IMG/VR virus record: IMGVR_UViG_3300031857_000002
Span: 124,001 to 188,000 of that record
Length of the DNA: 64,000 bases
Reading direction: 5' to 3' (one strand)
In this document: positions 36,249-44,942 of the stretch, one piece after another
How positions within the stretch are numbered: the first letter of the stretch is position 1
Layout: every line of letters starts with the position of its first letter
Position numbers and translations under genes: made by a program
Notes under the pieces: generated by a model
Told to the model about the DNA's origin: nothing
Databases searched by the model: none
What the model saw: the letters and a program-made list of their open reading frames with translations, nothing else

Positions 36249-37116
36249 TTTGTTTTTCTGCTTCCTGTTGACGTGCCTTTTCAGCAAAGTGGCTGTGAGG
36301 ATTTTTAAACTGCACCATTTGTTTGTTGACATCATTCAATGCCAACTTTTCCCAAGGATCTTGTGTGCCACGGAAGATGTTGGCAAAGAAACTCATATCT
36401 TGACCAAGTTCTGTTTCAAGATACTGTGCTATTTTTGCACAGTCTGTGTGACGAACATCCATTTGCTGTACACTGTGAAAGTCTCGGGGATCTCGGGGAT
36501 TGCCTTCTAACATGGGACGATTTTGGAATGTTTCGTCTCCATTGTTGCCTGTAAGGTCATGGCGGTCATGCAATACATTAACTGGAATACGTTCCCAGAT
36601 GTCCAGCATGTAAGCCTGTTGACTTAACCATGCATCAGAGATTTGATGCGGGCTCAAGTATCCCAACAAGTCCAACCACTTGCGAGGCACAATAGGGAAG
36701 ATACTATAAGGATGATCATTGTGTGTATGAAAGGCCAACAGCTTGAACTCACCTTCGTGAATCATGATCTCTTGATCCCAGGCACCTGTTTCCATCACAG
36801 CATCATCGTTCCAGAATACCAACCAACGGGCATCACTTTTGCGAGCTAGTTCATTCACATATTCATTGAGACGAATGTATCCTAGTGGATTGAACGTCAT
36901 AGCAGTGTAGTTTACCTTGTGTTCGTCCAACCAAGGCTGTAGCTCATCAACGAAACATTGTGTGCCCACATCATCGTCGTTGTCAAACCCAAACATGATT
37001 TGAATACGACTTGGGTCAGCCGCTAGTTCAATCACGCTTTTTACACTGCGTTCCAGTGAGTCTGATCGCCCACGAGTGGGCAACAAGATTGCAATATCAA
37101 ATTCAGGTGTTGTCAT
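36229..37116 (-). CDS. GT2 (GT-A) glycosyltransferase
   Basis: ILLPTRGR, FDNDD, WNDD. Confidence 0.75.
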   Translation of the reverse strand: MTTPEFDIAILLPTRGRSDSLERSVKSVIELAADPSRIQIMFGFDNDDDVGTQCFVDELQPWLDEHKVNYTAMTFNPLGYIRLNEYVNELARKSDARWLVFWNDDAVMETGAWDQEIMIHEGEFKLLAFHTHNDHPYSIFPIVPRKWLDLLGYLSPHQISDAWLSQQAYMLDIWERIPVNVLHDRHDLTGNNGDETFQNRPMLEGNPRDPRDFHSVQQMDVRHTDCAKIAQYLETELGQDMSFFANIFRGTQDPWEKLALNDVNKQMVQFKNPHSHFAEKARQQEAEKQNATTKS

Positions 37117-37667
37117 TCAAATAAATCCTCATTCCATTCTCTGTGGCCTTCTCTAAACGCCATGTTTGCTTGTGTTTCACGTACTTCCACTCGGTAGCAC
37201 CACAGGCGTTGTGCTTCGCCCTCGCCCCAAAAGTCTGGAATGTAAACACCGTTCACATACTTGTACAGCATGTCAGCAAGTGATTCACATCCTACTCTGG
37301 GCAAGATTGTAAGTTTGGCCAGTTTGCGACGTTCCATCTCTTTGTAAAATTCAAGTTCAGGATCATCGGCGCTGACCAGGGTTGTGTGATCAAATTGATC
37401 TTCTAAAATTTTCTTGAGTTCTTTCAAGCCGCCATAGTCAGCGGCCCAGTTGCGAACATCAAGGTCGTTTGTACCAAAGTAAAACTTCATTGAGAAACTG
37501 TAACCATGATTCAAGTTACAATGACTGTCGGCCCTCCATTGACGATAAGCACAAGGAAATGCGTCAATGTACTCTTTGGTACTGGTAAACTTGTATTGAA
37601 CAGGTCCGCGATATGGAAGGTTTTGCTCCATGTGTTTAATTAGATCCTGAGTTGATGATAGTGCCAT
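37113..37667 (-). CDS. queD: 6-carboxy-5,6,7,8-tetrahydropterin synthase
   Basis: SHCNLNHGY, DYGGLK, QFDH, GCE, VRET. Confidence 0.85.
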   Translation of the reverse strand: MALSSTQDLIKHMEQNLPYRGPVQYKFTSTKEYIDAFPCAYRQWRADSHCNLNHGYSFSMKFYFGTNDLDVRNWAADYGGLKELKKILEDQFDHTTLVSADDPELEFYKEMERRKLAKLTILPRVGCESLADMLYKYVNGVYIPDFWGEGEAQRLWCYRVEVRETQANMAFREGHREWNEDLFE

Positions 37668-37674
37668 TATTATT

Positions 37675-37745
37675 CTCCTATGTTAAATGTTAGCATAGGC
37701 TTGCAGAATTTATATAGCGGGATGAATGCTCTAAAGGCCGCTGAG
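37675..37745 (-). promoter_or_regulatory. candidate preQ1-I-like riboswitch in the queD leader
   Basis: P1 AGCGG/CCGCU, A-rich tail, loop-tail pseudoknot, RBS-sequestering hairpin. Confidence 0.45.
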
Positions 37746-37753
37746 ATCATTAC

Positions 37754-38155
37754 TTATGCTGGCTTTGTGTAACCACTAGCTTTATAGTTGGCCTGTCCGT
37801 GGATCACGCCTCGAACACCGCCAATGGGATTGGCACAATCTCCTACCCGTCGTGGAATCAAGTGTATGTGTGGATACATCACAGTTTGACCTGCTGCCTC
37901 GCCGCAGTTGATACCCACGTTGTAGGCTTCCCACTCGCCGGTTACCACTTTGTGATGACCAAAACGGAAAGCATACTTCAAGGCTTCTTCGATAATTTCA
38001 TTCTTGTTCCACCGTGGCACAAACAACAAATGTCCCTTGGCCACTGGGTAAGCATCACGGAACACAGCCACATGATAGTCTGAATGCTCTGTGGCCTCAT
38101 CTGACCATGGTGCGGCACCTGCTGCCGCTGCCTCTTCTAGTGTTTCATATCTCAT
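37754..38155 (-). CDS. HIT-family hydrolase
   Basis: DAYPVAKGH, AAGQTV..PHIHLIPR. Confidence 0.9.
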   Translation of the reverse strand: MRYETLEEAAAAGAAPWSDEATEHSDYHVAVFRDAYPVAKGHLLFVPRWNKNEIIEEALKYAFRFGHHKVVTGEWEAYNVGINCGEAAGQTVMYPHIHLIPRRVGDCANPIGGVRGVIHGQANYKASGYTKPA

Positions 38156-38964
38156 CTTGGGGCAAACTCCTGTTGTAATTTAATGTTGTCAAAAAACTCT
38201 TTCTTCACAGACGGATCAGTCTTAAAAGCACCTTTGAGCACTGTGGTCTGTGTGAGACTAGAGTGTGCCATAATGCCGCGATTCTCACAACATCCATGTG
38301 TGGCCTGAATGTACACTGCTACGTTTTCGGAGTCAGTAGCTTTACTAATCTCACGGGCAATGTCGTTACAAAGTTCCTCCTGGAGAGTTCCTCGTCTAGC
38401 GCACCATTGAGCGATTCGGGTATACTTACTAAGACCAATAAGTGTATTGGCAGCAATAATGCCAATATAAGCAACGCCAGCCACAGGTTGGTGATGATGG
38501 CTACACATACTGCGCAACTCACTACGTACAACCAACATACCCTCATAACGATCCGCCGAATCATTTGGAAACGCTGTGGCGTCAGGTCCTGGTTCATATC
38601 TACCCTCCATAATTTCATTGAAGTACATTTTAGCAAGTCGTCTTGCTGTGCCATGCGAGTTTGGATCTGTTTCTCGATCAATTAGCAAGCGGTCAAGCAC
38701 CAGTTCAAACGCTTCAGTTGCTTCATCTATAAGGGTATGTTTCATCTCTTCCGAAACATAATCACTAATGTTGTCGCCTGCCCAAAAACGTTTGTTATCA
38801 CGTTTCATCTTGGTACGAATGGCATCTGCTAGATACCCTTCTTTGTAGCCCTTGTCGCTCATGTCCTTGCCGGCTTTTTCAATTGCGCTTTGATGGGCAT
38901 GGGGGATAAATGTGTTTTTTGAATCCGTATGTATAACAGGATCTGGAATAAAGTCTTTTGTCAA
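38152..38964 (-). CDS. folE: GTP cyclohydrolase I
   Basis: SMCSHH, GLSKYTR, LQE, HGCCENRG. Confidence 0.92.
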   Translation of the reverse strand: MTKDFIPDPVIHTDSKNTFIPHAHQSAIEKAGKDMSDKGYKEGYLADAIRTKMKRDNKRFWAGDNISDYVSEEMKHTLIDEATEAFELVLDRLLIDRETDPNSHGTARRLAKMYFNEIMEGRYEPGPDATAFPNDSADRYEGMLVVRSELRSMCSHHHQPVAGVAYIGIIAANTLIGLSKYTRIAQWCARRGTLQEELCNDIAREISKATDSENVAVYIQATHGCCENRGIMAHSSLTQTTVLKGAFKTDPSVKKEFFDNIKLQQEFAPR

Positions 38965-39003
38965 TTTAGTTCTCCGAGTTAATGACGTGGATGTCTTTGT
39001 GCT

Positions 39004-39032
39004 ATTGTATTGTATTTAGATCGCTGTGTCAA
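39004..39032 (-). promoter_or_regulatory. promoter of folE-HIT-queD
   Basis: TTGACA-N17-TACAAT; spacer contains TAAATA. Confidence 0.7.
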
Positions 39033-39036
39033 CTGT

Positions 39037-39810
39037 TTAGAAAATTTTACTAACAAAATTTTTTTCTAGTAGACAAGGAATTAAAATTTCTTGGGTCCAT
39101 TGACAATGACATTCAGGGGTAGGATGACTGTCATTTGGTATCCATTGGTTTGTTGTTCTCATAAAGTTGCCTAATGTAAGTTCATCTTCAATGTCAAAGT
39201 ATTGAGTAACTTTTTTAGTCAGTGGTGTTTGTATTAGATCAAATTCCCAGTTTGGGTAGTAAAAATTTGTAAACACATACGAGAAGTTTTTTTCAATAAG
39301 ATATGATCGAAGTGCTAGTATTTTAAGAATGCTCTCGTATACCTGTGCTGTAGGTGATACCACTCGTTTATAAATTTTACATAAATCTTCTTGTAACTTT
39401 CCACGCCGTGATTCCAATGGCTGGTTGAAAATACTTAATGTTGAAAAAGTGTTATCAAAATTATAGTTTGATGACCAATGATAATCTTTGGTCATGTCTG
39501 TGGTGGCAATAACGTCAGTTCTTTGCAGCGAGCTCCACATGATAACCACCAGCGTCGATTCACTGTTGATGTTTTCGTTGAGTTCAATCTCATTGATAAT
39601 GCTGTTAAAAATATGATTTGTTCCGGCACCTGATTGAGACGTATCGTATACTTCTTCAAACCCGCAAAGATCTCTAAGATAGTATGGCCAGGTCTGTTGT
39701 TCATTATTGTCGGGATTAAAAGTAAAACTGCAACCGCCAACAAGTACATTTTTAAATCTCGATAGGTGAGTAGCCGGCAGATGTCTACTAATATTTCTGG
39801 TATGACTCAT
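39037..39810 (-). CDS. SGNH-like protein (AT-rich)
   Basis: GGCSFT, SGAGT, DSHPTPECH. Confidence 0.55.
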   Translation of the reverse strand: MSHTRNISRHLPATHLSRFKNVLVGGCSFTFNPDNNEQQTWPYYLRDLCGFEEVYDTSQSGAGTNHIFNSIINEIELNENINSESTLVVIMWSSLQRTDVIATTDMTKDYHWSSNYNFDNTFSTLSIFNQPLESRRGKLQEDLCKIYKRVVSPTAQVYESILKILALRSYLIEKNFSYVFTNFYYPNWEFDLIQTPLTKKVTQYFDIEDELTLGNFMRTTNQWIPNDSHPTPECHCQWTQEILIPCLLEKNFVSKIF

Positions 39811-40400
39811 ATGATAGTTATTTTTCTGCAATCTGGATAATCAACATGTATTGGCTTTGGCCGATTTACCTTCACCCCTTCTAGCAAGGCAAGTCCTTGA
39901 ATGGCTTCTTCGATGGTGGGTTTGTAGTGGTAACCAACTCGGAACACCTGTTGTGATTCCCATGGCTTGATGGTTAAATCTCTGCCGTCGTAGCGTTGAG
40001 CCAACATGGTATCGTATGCTTCGACATCATCTAACAAGATGGCACCACCACGCCCGATATGTAATGGCTTGCCATGGCCAAAACTCAAACAGGTCAATGT
40101 ATCTGGACGATACATATCTTGTTCGAGTCTGCGAGCACTATCCCAAATGCGAGTTTCAAGTATGGGATATTCGCCAACCCAACGTTGCCAGGCATGATCA
40201 AGATATTCATACTCAATGCCCAACTTGTGCATGGTCATTGGTATACTTAAATACGTGTAAGGTTGCATCTTGCAGTGTTTGACCTGATCATATCGCAAAC
40301 ACAGCTCAATGGCATGAGTACAGCAATCAGTCATGATTGCATATGGTGCACCGGTAAACTCTGCTAGAGCTCGTTCAAACTGCAGGATTTTATCGAACAT
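39807..40400 (-). CDS. short DegT/DnrJ/EryC1/StrS-family PLP aminotransferase
   Basis: FERALAEFTGA, CTHAIEL, DSA, SFGHGKPL..GRGG. Confidence 0.75.
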   Translation of the reverse strand: MFDKILQFERALAEFTGAPYAIMTDCCTHAIELCLRYDQVKHCKMQPYTYLSIPMTMHKLGIEYEYLDHAWQRWVGEYPILETRIWDSARRLEQDMYRPDTLTCLSFGHGKPLHIGRGGAILLDDVEAYDTMLAQRYDGRDLTIKPWESQQVFRVGYHYKPTIEEAIQGLALLEGVKVNRPKPIHVDYPDCRKITII

Positions 40401-41337
40401 ACCATTTCCAGGCATGAGTGATCATGTCGTCTAGCGTGTACTTTTGCCAGTCTTTGTATACTTGTCCAAACTTGTCTGCGCTAGCAGTTAACACAGCCGG
40501 ATCGCCAACACGCTTGTTGCCAACTACTACTTTTAACTGACGTCCTGTAATGCGTGTGGCTGCCTTGATAATCTCTGCATTGCTAGTGCCTTGGTTGGTT
40601 CCAAGATTGTACACACCGGGCGCAAGATTATCGTACAACGCACTCACGTGCGCATCGGCAATGTCTTGTACGTGAACATAATCACGTACACAGGTACCAT
40701 CTTCGGTGGCATAGTCAGTGCCATACAATGTAAATGGGGTGTTGTCTCGCAAACTTTCTAGTACTCGAGCAATAATATGTGTAGCACCTGGCTCTTGTCC
40801 ATGTCGAGCTTGCATGTCTGCACCACACGCATTAAAGTATCGGAATGCCACGTAGTCTAAGTTGTATGCTTTATGATAACTTTCCAACATCATCTCAACC
40901 ATGAGCTTGCTTTCTCCGTAAGGACTAACAGGCTCAGTGGGATCAACTTCGTGACAAGGAGGCATAATTGGTTCACCATACACAGCCGCTGAGGAACTGA
41001 AAATAAATCTAACTTTAGGCAAGGCCTGCACAATAAAGTTCAGCAAGTTCATGGTCTTGGCCACGTTGTTACCGTAGTATTCTGATGGCTTCTTGATGCT
41101 AGGACCAACCAAGCTAGTACCTGCACAATGCACAATGGCGTTGGGCTGGGTGTCTAACAATTTCTTGTAGGCAATATCGCTGTCAAAGTCGGCTTGAAGA
41201 AAGTTATCAAGTTGTCCTACTTGATGCTTTTGCAAAGGTCTACGGTCAATACCTATAACAGTATGTCCTGCGCCTTTTAACTGCAAGGCAATTTGTCCGC
41301 CAATGTAGCCGGCGACGCCTGTGACTATTACATTCAT
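40390..41337 (-). CDS. galE: UDP-glucose 4-epimerase
   Basis: TGVAGYIG, SSSAAVYG, YGESK, RYFNACG, DGTCVRDYVHV. Confidence 0.9.
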   Translation of the reverse strand: MNVIVTGVAGYIGGQIALQLKGAGHTVIGIDRRPLQKHQVGQLDNFLQADFDSDIAYKKLLDTQPNAIVHCAGTSLVGPSIKKPSEYYGNNVAKTMNLLNFIVQALPKVRFIFSSSAAVYGEPIMPPCHEVDPTEPVSPYGESKLMVEMMLESYHKAYNLDYVAFRYFNACGADMQARHGQEPGATHIIARVLESLRDNTPFTLYGTDYATEDGTCVRDYVHVQDIADAHVSALYDNLAPGVYNLGTNQGTSNAEIIKAATRITGRQLKVVVGNKRVGDPAVLTASADKFGQVYKDWQKYTLDDMITHAWKWYVR

Positions 41338-42536
41338 TCTTCAATCTTTACAACTTGATATTTCTCATGCGCAACATGATCACGATAGCGATTGCCTGCA
41401 CGATTCCACTGCTCGCCTTGACCAGTCATGATATCGATCACACGATCAATAGTGCCGTTGTTCCAGTCTGAGATAAGTCCCATGTTGTGATGTGGCTTGT
41501 GCAACATGTTTTGCATTTTGTGATAGGCATCATCAATTGACCAAGGCACATACAAGCGTTCTGGATCATTGGCAAAAGTCTCTGGGAAACTTCTGTAAGC
41601 AGGGAACACCACGTTTGCACCAAGTGTATCTGCTTCGCTTACAGTATTGCTTACCCAGTCTTGTAGCGCACAGTTGAACAACACACGGGTGTCATTGAGC
41701 AGAGCATAATAATCGTTCTTGCTGAGGTTTTCGTAGATCTTGAGCTTGCCTTCTCGTTCCAGTTGTCTAGCACGAGTAATGAACTCTGGATTGTTGCTAC
41801 GCAACGGGCCGCCTTGGAAAATAGCAAATTCACATGGTTGGTTAGTCAATTGCCCATACATCTCAATCAAGTCCATGAAGAAACCTGGCTGCTTTTCTTG
41901 ATCAAACCGTGCGGCAAATCCCACACGACGTGGACGTTGATCAAATGGCTTTATGTTCTCCGCACCGCCAATGCGTTCTAACACTTCTTCCTTGCCAAAT
42001 GCTAAGCCACTAATATTATATATAGGAGCACGCCATCCAGCAATGCGCATATGAGCAACCATCTCTTCGTTTGTGGCAAGAACTCCATCCACGAACTCAT
42101 TAACCATTTGTTCGTAGAGTCCCATCCATTTTGCCATACCCCATACGTGTACGAAGTCATCAGGATCAATGGACTGAGCAAGACAGCGCACATACACGCA
42201 AGGACGTTGATCAGCAGGAACCTGATTAAGGATATAGGGTAAACTCTCAATACCGGGTTGAAACATGTCTTCAAAGTAGATAACATCCGCACTTGTGATC
42301 TCTCCGTTCTTCATCATCTGAACTAGATTCATCATCTGGCTCATGCTAAAATAACTGCGTCCATGTGCGTCCAGCACCTGTCCTACTGAAATAGCTTGGC
42401 TATTGTCAATAGTGGTTCCGGGAACATACACAACGTCAAGACCTCTACGGTCAAACACACGCCGATTCCACTCAGTGAGCTGTAGTGTGTAACGGGCTTC
42501 ATAGCTCTCTAAGCCCATGTAAAACAGCTTTCTCAT
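41334..42536 (-). CDS. GT-B (GT4-like) glycosyltransferase
   Basis: FAARFDQEKQP, QDWVSNTVSEA, YRSFPE. Confidence 0.7.
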   Translation of the reverse strand: MRKLFYMGLESYEARYTLQLTEWNRRVFDRRGLDVVYVPGTTIDNSQAISVGQVLDAHGRSYFSMSQMMNLVQMMKNGEITSADVIYFEDMFQPGIESLPYILNQVPADQRPCVYVRCLAQSIDPDDFVHVWGMAKWMGLYEQMVNEFVDGVLATNEEMVAHMRIAGWRAPIYNISGLAFGKEEVLERIGGAENIKPFDQRPRRVGFAARFDQEKQPGFFMDLIEMYGQLTNQPCEFAIFQGGPLRSNNPEFITRARQLEREGKLKIYENLSKNDYYALLNDTRVLFNCALQDWVSNTVSEADTLGANVVFPAYRSFPETFANDPERLYVPWSIDDAYHKMQNMLHKPHHNMGLISDWNNGTIDRVIDIMTGQGEQWNRAGNRYRDHVAHEKYQVVKIEE

Positions 42537-42760
42537 GCTGGGCGATATCCTGCGAAGCGTCGAGCATCTTCCCACCACATGTTCTTGGCATTCTTGCCCA
42601 GCATCCATTTGTTGAACTGCTGGAATGCATAACTTTTAAAGTTATACAAGTCCGCTTCATTATAGCGGTAACCAAAGTCTTGGCAGAACTCCAAGTACTT
42701 TTCGAGGTCCTCGTAGATCTCAGTCACACGTGGATTGGATTTAATTGTAGGCTTGGCCAT
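42533..42760 (-). CDS. hypothetical phage protein
   Basis: AAGGA RBS; ATGA overlap with the glycosyltransferase. Confidence 0.65.
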   Translation of the reverse strand: MAKPTIKSNPRVTEIYEDLEKYLEFCQDFGYRYNEADLYNFKSYAFQQFNKWMLGKNAKNMWWEDARRFAGYRPA

Positions 42761-42770
42761 ACTTTTCCTT

Positions 42771-43214
42771 TTAATTTACAATTGATAAACTTGGACGAGA
42801 AATTTCATATTTAATCAAAGCGCCGTTCTCGCCATCCTCGGCCACTTCAATCCAGACCGCACGGTCAGGATACCTTTGAGCAATCTGTAGATACAGATCG
42901 TCAGAGATCATTTCACAACTTTTGAAGTTGAGTTCTAGTGTTCCACCAGCATAGAGTTTTTCTAACCAGCGTTTGAACTGAATAAATTCAATGTCTCGAT
43001 CATTATGAAACACGTCAATCCACACACGGAAATGAAAGATGTGTCTATGCGGCACACCAAGAAAACTCACGTCATACTCATCGCCTGTTGCTAGTGCAGG
43101 ATCAGTTGCGGCAGCAGGGTATTTGTGTATGCCTTCTTTGCGGAATGTAACCCAGATTTTTCTATCTGCATATTGTTTAATTCTGTTAATTTTTTCTCGT
43201 TGCTCTTGATTCAT
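42771..43214 (-). CDS. dpdL: DpdL-like T-fold protein (putative CDG decarboxylase)
   Basis: LGVPHRHIF fits the LxxxHRHxF motif as I recall it for DpdL; DRDIEF, SCEM, EDGENG; in the folE/queD/queE/dpdA cluster. Confidence 0.65.
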   Translation of the reverse strand: MNQEQREKINRIKQYADRKIWVTFRKEGIHKYPAAATDPALATGDEYDVSFLGVPHRHIFHFRVWIDVFHNDRDIEFIQFKRWLEKLYAGGTLELNFKSCEMISDDLYLQIAQRYPDRAVWIEVAEDGENGALIKYEISRPSLSIVN

Positions 43215-43257
43215 GTGTTACCTTTGGTTAGAACATAGTGTATAATACTACAAATAA

Positions 43258-44436
43258 TCATGTTTGTCTATGGGTGTATATGTCCGAAAACACTGTGCGA
43301 CTATCCAGATGCCTGCGTTGGTCAAGTTCTGCCAGTCGATTAAACAGACTGTGATACCCGTTGTCTACTACAGGCACATCCAAACAGTCTAGAACAAACT
43401 GTAGTTCTTGATCAAATCTAGTACCTGTGGGTTTTCTGGCAGCAATAATCTCTTTGACTTCTGCAATGTACGAAGCTGGCAGTGCCCTGGCATCACACCA
43501 GATAAACTGATGCCCGTTGTTGATATAGGCAAGATTTAGATGATCGTAATCACGTGCATGGCCGTTGTCTAGCAAGAAATCAACATAGTTCCAAATGGTC
43601 TTGGCATTGAGTGCAGAGAACACCATGTTGAATTTGACCTTGTGTGTTACAGGGATTGTGGACTTGAGTATGTCTAAGTTTTCAGCAAATACTGACCAAT
43701 CGCCTGGATAGCGAATATAATTGTATCTGTCGCCCATGTCTTCGGCACTAACCAACCAATCTACATTGGGAAACTTGGTCAGTAGCTCAAAGATTCTATT
43801 GCCGCGAATCATGCTGAGATTGGTGTTTACAATAAGATGACAATGTGGATTAATCTCAAGTAACTTTTCTAATATCACTTGATTTTCTTTGATCAACAGT
43901 GGCTCACCTCCGGCCATGTAGATCTTGCGCAGATCGGCTGCATTGTCCACAAAGTACTGCGTGACATCTGCAATAGCACTTTCGTCAATTTTGACAAACT
44001 GCTTTAGTTCGCTGGCCCAGGTTGAACTTAGATCAGGACCGCAATAAACACAGCCATAGTTACAAGTATTTCTAAATCTCAAGTCAGCATACTGTAGTTT
44101 AAAGTTTTTGGGTTGATCAAAAAATGCTTTGTCTGGTTGCCATGTATCAAACTCAACCAATTGATTGTCTCTATGATACTTACGACCTTCGTCAACGTTG
44201 TCTCCGGGTGCATAACAAACCTTACAGCCTTGAGCTCGTTGGCCAGACAGCATCTCTTGTTTGATCTGAATATTCTTGTTGCCGCCTACAATATTTTGTA
44301 GTTTGGTCTCGTGCAAATTACCAAGATTGTTATGAGCAATACAACAACTGTCTACCCTGCCGTCAGTTTCTACATAGATACTGCCCCAAGGTAGTGGGCA
44401 AAATGCATCATTGTTCCAGTATTGCTCTTGGTTCAA
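43258..44436 (-). CDS. radical SAM protein with N-terminal SPASM/twitch-like Cys motif
   Basis: CPLPW..DGRVDSCC; CNYGCVYC; AGGEP; NTNLS. Confidence 0.85.
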   Translation of the reverse strand: MNQEQYWNNDAFCPLPWGSIYVETDGRVDSCCIAHNNLGNLHETKLQNIVGGNKNIQIKQEMLSGQRAQGCKVCYAPGDNVDEGRKYHRDNQLVEFDTWQPDKAFFDQPKNFKLQYADLRFRNTCNYGCVYCGPDLSSTWASELKQFVKIDESAIADVTQYFVDNAADLRKIYMAGGEPLLIKENQVILEKLLEINPHCHLIVNTNLSMIRGNRIFELLTKFPNVDWLVSAEDMGDRYNYIRYPGDWSVFAENLDILKSTIPVTHKVKFNMVFSALNAKTIWNYVDFLLDNGHARDYDHLNLAYINNGHQFIWCDARALPASYIAEVKEIIAARKPTGTRFDQELQFVLDCLDVPVVDNGYHSLFNRLAELDQRRHLDSRTVFSDIYTHRQT

Positions 44437-44942
44437 AGTGTTTGGTCCTTGGTGTATTTAGACCAATCAGTAAACACTGAACGTTTTTGTAATGTGTGTA
44501 GACTATGGCACCACACACCGGGATTGGTTGCCGCAAAGTCTTTGTCATCTATTTTAATAGTGGCATTGTACCCTAGTTGTCGTATGTAAGGTATTTTGAC
44601 AGAAATCATGGGAATAAAATTATTGTGTTCACACAGCCCAGATTCTAACAGTCCTTCCACTTGAGAAACATCAATGTCAAAGGTACACCAATAGCCTGCA
44701 TCCAACCATTGTTGAATCATTTGTTCCCAAGGTGTCCAGAACACACTATCGTTGGTGCGTATACTTGACGGAAAGCTCATGTTGGCACCAAAGTAAATGT
44801 GCTCACAATCGGCTAGTTGATTTTTTATGTCTGTTGCGGATTGTAATCCTACTACAAATAACGTTTTTATACCAAATGCCGGAGTATGTTCTACTTCTGT
44901 TCCGGTAAAGAACTTGACGTTGTTATGGCCTTCTCTATTCAT
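44433..44942 (-). CDS. hypothetical protein coupled to dpdA
   Basis: FFTGTEVEHTPA, HIYFGAN, KIDD..F.ATNPGVW; overlaps the dpdA stop. Confidence 0.65.
   Translation of the reverse strand: MNREGHNNVKFFTGTEVEHTPAFGIKTLFVVGLQSATDIKNQLADCEHIYFGANMSFPSSIRTNDSVFWTPWEQMIQQWLDAGYWCTFDIDVSQVEGLLESGLCEHNNFIPMISVKIPYIRQLGYNATIKIDDKDFAATNPGVWCHSLHTLQKRSVFTDWSKYTKDQTL

Noticed and set aside
38965-39000. Mini-hairpin GAC-AUCCAC-GUC with possible UCC:GGA pairing to the folE RBS
   Set aside because: Only 3-bp helices; unsupported without covariation data.
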